In this document: in pieces, positions 15,765-22,846 of the stretch
How positions within the stretch are numbered: position 1 is the first letter of the stretch
Layout: the number at the start of each line of letters is the position of its first letter
Source: Bacillota bacterium
Lineage (GTDB): Bacteria > Bacillota_I > Bacilli_A > ML615J-28 > CAG-698
NCBI GenBank assembly: GCA_016280895.1
Contig: JAEEHM010000080.1
Location: 1,297-65,296, forward strand
Reading direction: 5' to 3'
Length of the DNA stretch: 64,000 bases
Translations under genes and position numbers: made by a program
The notes under the pieces: model-generated
Seen by the model: only the letters and a program-made list of their open reading frames with translations
Told to the model about the DNA's origin: nothing
The model's database searches: none

Positions 15765-18587
15765 ATGAAAAAGGATCAATTAGCAAACAAACAAAAGATC
15801 AATGATGATGTAACGAAATATTCTCAAAAATTAGATTATGCTTTATTTAATCTAAATAATGAAGACTTCTATAAATATTTTGAAAATGCCTTTTTGAATG
15901 GTGATAGAACACTTTATCAAAAAAACATTTCCGAAGCAAAAACATTTGATGATACATGGATTAAAACAGTTGAATCTTATTTTCCTAGTATAGATAAAAT
16001 CACTAGAGAACCTAAATCAATTTTAAGATATGATGAAGATATTGTTGCAGTAGAAAGAGCTAAAAAGACAAGTGCTAAATCAGTTAGACATTTAGCTAGT
16101 CATACTGAGAATATCAGAGATATTGATGAGAATAATTATGTTACTCCAAAGAAGGTTTTAATTGAAATACCTGAACAAGAATATGCTATTTATGAAAATA
16201 GATTTATTAAAACATTAATTAATCGTTTATATTTGTTTGTGAAGAATAGATATGAAATCATTAAGAATAATGTTGAATCTTTCCAAAAAGATCGATTATC
16301 AGGTACTGCTAATTTTGATTTTAATGATACTAAGGTTGAATTAAGTGTTGATTTAACTATCACTAAGGACTTAGATGATAAGAAGATCAATGAACATAAT
16401 TATGATTTGTTGGCTAGAACTGAGAAATTAAATTATTTGATTACTGGTTTAAAGAATTCACAATTCATGAAGATGTTGAAGAATGCACCTGCTGTGCATC
16501 CTCCTATCATGAAAACAAATATCATCATGAAGAATCCAGAATTTAGAAATGCGTATAACTTATGGATCTTCTTAGATAAATATTCTATTTTAGGTTATGA
16601 TGTAACTATTAGAGAAAAAGATCTTGAATTTGATGATGGATTCATTGATGATATCAATCATATGTTTGCAACTAACTATGCAATTATATTAGGTAATCAA
16701 TTAAATAGATTAGAAAAATATAATGTTCCTGATGGATATCAAGAATTAATAAAGAAGAAAACTAAGATCGTTAGTCAAAATCCTAAAGATTTTGTACCTA
16801 ATCCAGATTTAATTGAAATGGAAGAAAGTCATTTAAATGAATTCTTCTTACAAAAATATAAAGAATTATTGGATTCTGGTATTAATAAGGAAACTAAGAA
16901 TGAATTCTTAGATGAACCTAATGATGCGATTATTAAACGTAATGTTCGTCAAACTACTGATATTGTGAATGCATTGTATGATGCTAAATTTGAAATATCA
17001 GAAGAGGCTGATATCTTACATAGACTAGAAGATACTGACTTAGAAAAAGAATATCAAAGATCTCTTGAACAATTACGTTATGCTAAAATTATTAGAGAGG
17101 TTAAAGAAGTCGATTACAACAATTTCTTTAGAACTGAAAGAAGATTACTTCGTGCTCTTTCTAAAACTAATACTGAGATGATTAAGAAATTAATCGAAGA
17201 AAGAAAGTATGAAGAAAAAGAAAGAAAGATTAAAGAAATTGAAGCAAAGATAGATGCATTAAAGAAAGAGAATGAAGAAAGAAGCAAACAAATAGATGCT
17301 TTAAACGATCATCAAACTTTAATGAAAGAAGAGAAACAAAGACTTATTGATGAGAGAAATAAGACTATCAATAAGGTTGATGAAGAGATGAAGAAGTACG
17401 ATCAAATGATGGAAGCTAAGTACGAAGAAGAAAGACAAAAAGTACTTGCTCAATTACAAGCTGAAAAAGAACGTGCTAAAGAACTTAAGGCTTTAGAAGA
17501 TGAGGCTAAGAAATATCGTAAGCAAGCTCTAAACGATATGATTGCGGAAGAACGTGCTAAAGCTCAAGAAGAAATGGAAGCTAAGTTCAAACTTCATCGT
17601 GAAGAAATGGAAGCTGCACTTAATGATATTAGAGATATCGCTATTAGATATCAAGAAAAGATTCAAAGTGAAGTTGAAAGAAGAGAATTAGAGAACAGTC
17701 AAAAAGAAAAAGAAGCTATTGCAATCTTTAAAGTTAGCAAATATGAAGAAGCTTTGGAACAAAAGAACAAAATTGAACTTGAAAGTGCTGAGGCTGCTTA
17801 TAATAAGGCTCTTGCTGAAAAGCAAGCTAAGATTGATGCTAAGACTGAACTTGATAATAAATTGAAGGAATTAGATGATGAATATCAAAACAGATTATCA
17901 TCTAAATTACAAGATTTAGAAGCTGAATATAATGAAGCTATGGCTCAAGTAATTGAGAAACCAGAAATCTTAGAAGAACAAGAAGTTGAAGATCAAACAT
18001 CTGACGATGTTCTAGATGATGCTGAAATTCAAGAAAAGGTAGCTTCTGATTTAGCAAGACTTCAAAGTATTGAAGAAGAAGAGAGAAAGCAAGAAGAAGA
18101 AAGATTAAAAGCTGAAGCAATAGAGGTTGAAAAACTAGAAGCATTAAAAGAAGCTGAAGCTGCTAGACTTCAAGAAGAAGCATTTGAAGCAAAGAGACAA
18201 GAAATTGAAGCTGAATTAAATAATTCTTATGATAATTCATTAGAAGAAGAAAAGCAAAAACAAATCAATTTAAATGCTATCCAAAGAGAAAAAGAAGCAA
18301 AAGCTATTTCTTTAGTTCAATCTTATGAAAAAGGTAAGAAGGATGAAGAAGCTTTAGCTTTAAAAGAAGAGGAAGAAAAAGCTCTTGCTGAACAAAAGCG
18401 TTTAGATGCTTTAAAATTTGAAGAAGATCAAAAGCGAATTGAAGCACAAATTGAAGAGCAAGCAAGACTTGAAGAAAAGAAGCAACAAATCAAATTAAAT
18501 GCAATTCAAAGAGAAAAAGAAAATAAAGCAATCTCTCTAGTTCAAGAATATGAGAATAAAAGAGATGCAAAATCTATTGAAAGATAA
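15765..18587 (+). CDS. McrC N-terminal-domain-like (DUF2357-like) protein fused to a ~600-aa E/K/A-rich coiled coil; no nuclease motif recognised
   Basis: RBS aaaggag. YAIYENRFIKTLINRLYLFV resembles the McrC/DUF2357 ..ENR.iK..L.. segment. Residues from about 340 to 940 are heptad-like E/K/A/L. Contains the internal repeat Q(I)xLNAIQREKExKAISLVQxYE. Confidence 0.45.
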   Translation: MKKDQLANKQKINDDVTKYSQKLDYALFNLNNEDFYKYFENAFLNGDRTLYQKNISEAKTFDDTWIKTVESYFPSIDKITREPKSILRYDEDIVAVERAKKTSAKSVRHLASHTENIRDIDENNYVTPKKVLIEIPEQEYAIYENRFIKTLINRLYLFVKNRYEIIKNNVESFQKDRLSGTANFDFNDTKVELSVDLTITKDLDDKKINEHNYDLLARTEKLNYLITGLKNSQFMKMLKNAPAVHPPIMKTNIIMKNPEFRNAYNLWIFLDKYSILGYDVTIREKDLEFDDGFIDDINHMFATNYAIILGNQLNRLEKYNVPDGYQELIKKKTKIVSQNPKDFVPNPDLIEMEESHLNEFFLQKYKELLDSGINKETKNEFLDEPNDAIIKRNVRQTTDIVNALYDAKFEISEEADILHRLEDTDLEKEYQRSLEQLRYAKIIREVKEVDYNNFFRTERRLLRALSKTNTEMIKKLIEERKYEEKERKIKEIEAKIDALKKENEERSKQIDALNDHQTLMKEEKQRLIDERNKTINKVDEEMKKYDQMMEAKYEEERQKVLAQLQAEKERAKELKALEDEAKKYRKQALNDMIAEERAKAQEEMEAKFKLHREEMEAALNDIRDIAIRYQEKIQSEVERRELENSQKEKEAIAIFKVSKYEEALEQKNKIELESAEAAYNKALAEKQAKIDAKTELDNKLKELDDEYQNRLSSKLQDLEAEYNEAMAQVIEKPEILEEQEVEDQTSDDVLDDAEIQEKVASDLARLQSIEEEERKQEEERLKAEAIEVEKLEALKEAEAARLQEEAFEAKRQEIEAELNNSYDNSLEEEKQKQINLNAIQREKEAKAISLVQSYEKGKKDEEALALKEEEEKALAEQKRLDALKFEEDQKRIEAQIEEQARLEEKKQQIKLNAIQREKENKAISLVQEYENKRDAKSIER

Positions 18588-18605
18588 TGCATAATTTGTA
18601 TGAAT

Positions 18606-18640
18606 AAGCAACTTGTGTATTTATCAAGTTGCTTATTTTA
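18606..18640 (+). terminator. Hairpin plus short T-tract between the coiled-coil gene and sipW2
   Basis: aagcaacttg-tgtatttat-caagttgctt then atttta. Confidence 0.55.
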
Positions 18641-18659
18641 ATTAAAAAAGGAGGTAATT

Positions 18660-19340
18660 ATGGAAAATGTCAAAAAAGATAATTCGAAAATATCAAAAAG
18701 AATTATAACTATTTTTGCATGGGTAATTACTGCCTTACTTAGTTTAATGGTTATATTGCTGTTGGTATTTGGTCTTAGTTCAATCAAACAAGGAAAGATG
18801 GTAAAAATATTTGGTTATTCATATTCTGTTATTGTATCAGAATCTATGGTACCAACAATCAATGTCAGTGATATTATTATCATCAACACTAAATATGAAT
18901 TTGAAGATGTTAAAAAAGATGATATTATCGTATTTTATAATCCAAATGAACAAAAGAATATTGCTCATAGAGTTGTAGATATTTTAGAAGATGGTAGCCT
19001 ACAAACATGTGGTGATAACAATAATGGTCTTGTTGATGGATTCCATGTTACTGAAGAATATTATATTGGTAAAGTAACAAAATACGGACATTTCTTAGGT
19101 CTTGGTTCATTAATGATGAACGGACGTGTTGTTTTCTTTATTGCACTTGCTGCGATATTCATGTATATTATTGTTACAGAAGCAATCAATATTTATAAGA
19201 TGAGCATGAAGAAGAAACACGAAGATAAGATGAAAGAAATTGAAGATAATAAGAAAAAACAAGAAGATGAATTACGTGCTCAATTAAAAGCAGAATTATT
19301 GAAAGAACTTGAAAATGAGAAAAACAAACTTTCCAATTAG
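18660..19340 (+). CDS. sipW: Second SipW-type signal peptidase I with C-terminal TM and K/E-rich tail
   Basis: RBS aaaggagg. VSESMVPTI (Ser box), IAHRVVDI (His box), TCGDNNNG. TM VVFFIALAAIFMYIIVTEAI, then a charged tail. Confidence 0.8.
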   Translation: MENVKKDNSKISKRIITIFAWVITALLSLMVILLLVFGLSSIKQGKMVKIFGYSYSVIVSESMVPTINVSDIIIINTKYEFEDVKKDDIIVFYNPNEQKNIAHRVVDILEDGSLQTCGDNNNGLVDGFHVTEEYYIGKVTKYGHFLGLGSLMMNGRVVFFIALAAIFMYIIVTEAINIYKMSMKKKHEDKMKEIEDNKKKQEDELRAQLKAELLKELENEKNKLSN

Positions 19341-19373
19341 TAAAATTTAATAAAAGATTTTTATAATCGAAAA

Positions 19374-19418
19374 AACCCTCATCCATGAGCTACTCAAGGA
19401 TGAGGGCTATTTATTTTT
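19374..19418 (+). terminator. Rho-independent terminator closing the locus
   Basis: ccctcatcc ... ggatgaggg stem followed by ctatttattttt. Confidence 0.8.
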
Positions 19419-19477
19419 GTATGTAATGTAAAAAAAGTTTTGATTAATTAAACTAATTTAGAAAAAAAGTATAAGCA

Positions 19478-19640
19478 CTAAAGCCATCTTGTTTGCCTGA
19501 ATGCTTCTGTTAATCTGGCATGTAAAGTAACTTCAATTTTCAACAAATAGTCTAATAAAAGCATTGGTAATTTTTTATCAAATTCATATATAGATAAAAT
19601 ATCATCAAATTTTGGATTAAATCTGTAGGCGATAAATAAG
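19478..19640 (-). pseudogene. Fragment of an Abi_2 (AbiD/AbiF-like) abortive-infection gene
   Basis: Minus-strand translation ...FNPKFDDILSIYEFDKKLPMLLLDYLLKIEVTLHARLTEAF... matches the Abi_2 core pattern (lY.FD.kLR.lll..l..iE..l+). It is bounded by stops about 50 codons apart, and adjacent frames look frameshifted. Confidence 0.5.
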
Positions 19641-19888
19641 TTTTAGAATATGACAACATATTAAAATTCCCCTCAATAAAAAAAGTCCCACCTTGATACG
19701 CATTCTTGTCAAAAGACAAAACTAAGCTTGGTAGGTTCTATTATAAATATTCTATCACTAGTTAACATATTTGTCAATATATTTAACATTTATGGACAAC
19801 AATTATCGATTAGAATTATTGTCTAAAGAAGAGAACGTACGATTTAGATATGAATTAAGGCAAATGTTTTTTGATGGTGGTAAAAGTA

Positions 19889-19938
19889 ATTTTTTTAGTA
19901 AAAAAATGCTCTTTTTTTTAAAATATATAATTAGGGAG
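19889..19938. repeat. ~48-bp direct repeat, copy A (atttttttagtaaaaaaatgctcttttttttaaaatatataattagggag)
   Basis: About 85% identical to 21689-21737. The shared core ttttttagta sits at 19891 and 21691, exactly 1800 bp apart. Confidence 0.8.
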
Positions 19939-19950
19939 GGAAAAACAAAA

Positions 19951-20026
19951 AGTGTATAAAATATACACTTTTTGTTGACATATTACGTCAGAAAGGAGTA
20001 TAATAAAAGTGTATAAAATATACAGT
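19951..20026 (+). promoter_or_regulatory. Promoter sandwiched by two copies of a 19-bp palindromic operator
   Basis: agtgtataaaatatacact (19951-19969, perfect palindrome); ttgaca (19975-19980), 18 nt, tataat (19999-20004); agtgtataaaatatacagt (20008-20026). Confidence 0.65.
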
Positions 20027-20038
20027 AAGGAGACGTTT

Positions 20039-21190
20039 ATGTTAGAGAAAATTATTATCAATAATATCAATTCTATTAAAAATGCCGAAATAGACTTTAA
20101 AAAAGGAAGTTACAAATTTGGCGAAGACAATATTGTTGAAAACATTGTAAATCCTATGGCCTTATATGGTCATAATGGTAGTGGTAAAACTTCTGTATTT
20201 CTTGCATTGGATAGTTTAATAAAGATTATGAATCAAGCAAGTGTAGAATTGCGCCCTTTTGTTGTTAATTATTTTCTTTATAATAAATATCAACAGGCGA
20301 AAGAGAATGAAAGAAACGAAGACGATATCAGTGGTTCTATTACTTTAAGCTTTTCTTTAAATAATGATAATTATGAATATTTTATTTCTACATCAATGTT
20401 AGCTTATATTAGAAAGGAATATTTAAAATTTAATTCTAAGATTATTTTTGAAAGAAATAAGGAAGGAAGCACTTATAATGGTAAATATGTGTCATTTGAT
20501 GGTAATTATAATCTTGTGCCTATGCTTAGAAGTTTGGCATCGTCAGAGATCAACAATCAAATAATACAGGATGCATATTCATACATTAGCTCTTTTACTT
20601 TCTTGAGCCTTCCACAAATTAATAAGGGATACTTTGTTACTTCAAAGGTGTTCAATAATATCGGTTATGCTGATTTGTTAGTAAAAAAAGCAGAGGAAAT
20701 TGAAAACATTTTAAAGACATATAAGGAATTCCCTGTCTTTAAAGTAAAGAAGAAAAGTGAATTAGTTGGTATCAATGCGCCTATATCTCAATTTGTGTTT
20801 GAAATACAGGATGGTTCCTTCAAAGGAGAATTACCATTTTCTTTATTATCTGCTGGTATGAGAAATCAAGCAATTCTATTATCAATTCTTGTATCCATCC
20901 CTGAAAATAGTGTGGTATTTGTAGACGAATTAGAACAAGCATTGCATCCAAGTGCAATAAAATCTTTTTTAGAAGTTGTAAAAAAGAAAAAAATTCAATT
21001 AGTTTTCTCTTCACATAATACATATATCCTACAAATGTTAAGACCTGACCAAGTATATTTTACTCATTGGCATGAAGGTTTTTCAAAGTGTTCACGCTTA
21101 TCTAAGATATATCCTAATATTCGTGAAATCAATAACATAGAAAAAATGTACTTGTCATCAGTATTTGATGAGGCCATAAAGAATGGATAA
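20039..21190 (+). CDS. Stand-alone AAA15/AAA21-type ATPase (defence-associated family; partner gene absent)
   Basis: RBS aaggag plus ATG at 20039; the listed GTG at 20009 lies inside the operator. Walker A GHNGSGKTS, VFVDELEQALHP, FSSHNTYIL. Confidence 0.7.
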   Translation: MLEKIIINNINSIKNAEIDFKKGSYKFGEDNIVENIVNPMALYGHNGSGKTSVFLALDSLIKIMNQASVELRPFVVNYFLYNKYQQAKENERNEDDISGSITLSFSLNNDNYEYFISTSMLAYIRKEYLKFNSKIIFERNKEGSTYNGKYVSFDGNYNLVPMLRSLASSEINNQIIQDAYSYISSFTFLSLPQINKGYFVTSKVFNNIGYADLLVKKAEEIENILKTYKEFPVFKVKKKSELVGINAPISQFVFEIQDGSFKGELPFSLLSAGMRNQAILLSILVSIPENSVVFVDELEQALHPSAIKSFLEVVKKKKIQLVFSSHNTYILQMLRPDQVYFTHWHEGFSKCSRLSKIYPNIREINNIEKMYLSSVFDEAIKNG

Positions 21191-21356
21191 TTTTTTATTA
21201 TAATTAGTAAAAATAAAAGCCATTTTAATAAATATAATAATAGGCCCTTAATATTGGATATTTTCTCTATATAATTACTACAATAAATGTATTAATAATG
21301 TGTTGACAACATTAACACAATAATATATAATATATTTATAGAGGAGATAAAGAAAA

Positions 21357-21626
21357 ATGGCAAATGTAAATGTTAGAATTAATAATGATATTAAAGCTAA
21401 TGCTGAAAATGTATTTAAGAGATTAGGTATTACTCCTACAACTGCTATTACCTTGTTTTATAATCAAGTGATTAGAACTAATAGCATTCCATTCGAATTA
21501 AAAGCAGATGTACCTAATGATACTACAAAGAAAGCTATTAGCGAATTGGATGATATGAAAAAGAATCCAGATAAATATAAATCATATAAAAATGTTGATG
21601 AATTAATGGAGGCCTTAAACAATTGA
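21357..21626 (+). CDS. RelB/DinJ-family type II antitoxin (orphan)
   Basis: MANVNVRINNDIKANAENVFKRLGITPTTAITLFYNQVIRTNSIPFEL is the DinJ/RelB RHH pattern. Downstream, only a 13-codon TTG ORF overlaps the stop (TTGA). Confidence 0.75.
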   Translation: MANVNVRINNDIKANAENVFKRLGITPTTAITLFYNQVIRTNSIPFELKADVPNDTTKKAISELDDMKKNPDKYKSYKNVDELMEALNN

Positions 21627-21688
21627 TTTATCATACAGTCATACTGATTTGTTTTAGGAAATAATAAACTTCTTTTTAGAAGTTTTTT

Positions 21689-21737
21689 ATTTTTTTAGTA
21701 AAAATATATTCTCTTTTTTTAAATATATAATTAGGAG
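21689..21737. repeat. ~48-bp direct repeat, copy B
   Basis: atttttttagtaaaaatatattctctttttttaaatatataattaggag; see copy A. Confidence 0.8.
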
Positions 21738-22155
21738 TGAATATGTATTGCGCTAAAAAAGAAAAGAGAAATTTATTTGGTATATTGAAAGAATATGATT
21801 GTAGGAATTGTCCATACTTTTTAAATGATGAGGAAATTAAAATAGGATATAAGAGTATCAAGATTTATTATCTTGTTAATGAATGTATATATAATAAGAA
21901 AGAGATTATATATAATAAGAAAAGCAAATTGATATTTAAAGACATTTATATTGATCAAACAATTAATAGAAATGATAATAATATCTTTCTTTGGTTGGAT
22001 AAAAATGATAAATTAAATAGATACTATGATATTTTTAATTATTTCTTAAATAATAATTATAATATATTTATAATTATTTGATTTTATGTTATAATATAGA
22101 TGTAAGGAGATTACTTACATCATATTATAATACTCCTTACAGAAAGAGGTCTATT

Positions 22156-22701
22156 ATGAAAGTTATCGTTCGTGGAAAAAACAAATTTGAACCTGGTGTT
22201 AAGATCACCGACTATGCAAGTGAAAAGATTGCTAAACTAGATCAATATTTTCGTAATGCTAGTGAAATCGAGGCAAGTGTTTTATGTAAAGCTTATTCAG
22301 ACCATAAGACAGTTGAGATCACAATACCCACAAAGAACATAATTTTAAGAGCTGAGGTAAATGGCGAAACTATTTATGAAGCTCTAGATGGTGCAGTAGA
22401 TCGTATTGAAAGTCAAATTAAACGTCATAAGAATAAACTTGCTAAAGCTATTAAACATCGTGAAGGTGTTAGTGGACATTATCAAAATGAATTAAATGTA
22501 AAAGAAGATAATGAAGATGAAGTAACAAAACTATTCAAAGAGAAAAAGATTGAAGTTAGCGAAATGGATAGAGAAGATGCTATTACACAAATGGAAATGT
22601 TGGGACATGATTTCTTCTTATTCATCGATTCTAAGACTCACAAACCATCTGTAGTTTATTTAAGAAATGATGGTAATTATGGAGTAATCGAAGCTAAGTA
22701 A
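22156..22701 (+). CDS. hpf: Ribosome hibernation promoting factor (long form)
   Basis: MKVIVRGKNKFEPGVKITDYASEKIAKLDQYF... (S30AE/YvyD family) plus the C-terminal dimerisation domain FLFIDSKTHKPSVVYLRNDGNYGVIE. Start chosen at the ATG with RBS agaaagagg. Confidence 0.85.
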   Translation: MKVIVRGKNKFEPGVKITDYASEKIAKLDQYFRNASEIEASVLCKAYSDHKTVEITIPTKNIILRAEVNGETIYEALDGAVDRIESQIKRHKNKLAKAIKHREGVSGHYQNELNVKEDNEDEVTKLFKEKKIEVSEMDREDAITQMEMLGHDFFLFIDSKTHKPSVVYLRNDGNYGVIEAK

Positions 22702-22846
22702 TAAAAAAGATAATACTTCAGTTATTAAACTGAAGTATTATTATTTTTTTATAAATAGATGTATATTATTGACAATTGATGAGAAAAGTATTATAATTTA
22801 GATGAAAATAAATTCAGTGAAATAAAATTCATCTTAGGAGGGAATT

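Noticed and set aside
14148-18587. Annotating the McrB-like/McrC-like pair as an ordinary McrBC restriction system
   Set aside because: The GTPase has a TM helix and no recognisable DNA-reader N-domain. The partner shows no PD-(D/E)xK block that I can see and is mostly coiled coil. The genes also sit inside a co-directional matrix-type locus. A defence role is not excluded, but the standard annotation would be unsupported.
21623-21664. Calling the 13-codon TTG ORF after relB a toxin gene
   Set aside because: It is only a stump (LIYHTVILICFRK*) overlapping the relB stop. It is compatible with a truncated RelE/YafQ-type toxin but too short to identify.
19771-22081. ORFs 19771-19959 (62 aa) and 21737-22081 (114 aa) as real genes
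   Set aside because: They are extremely AT-rich and N/K/I/Y/F-biased, with no recognisable motif. The first has a TTG start with no RBS and lies in a decayed region. The second follows repeat copy B and has an RBS, so it might be real, but I cannot support a call.
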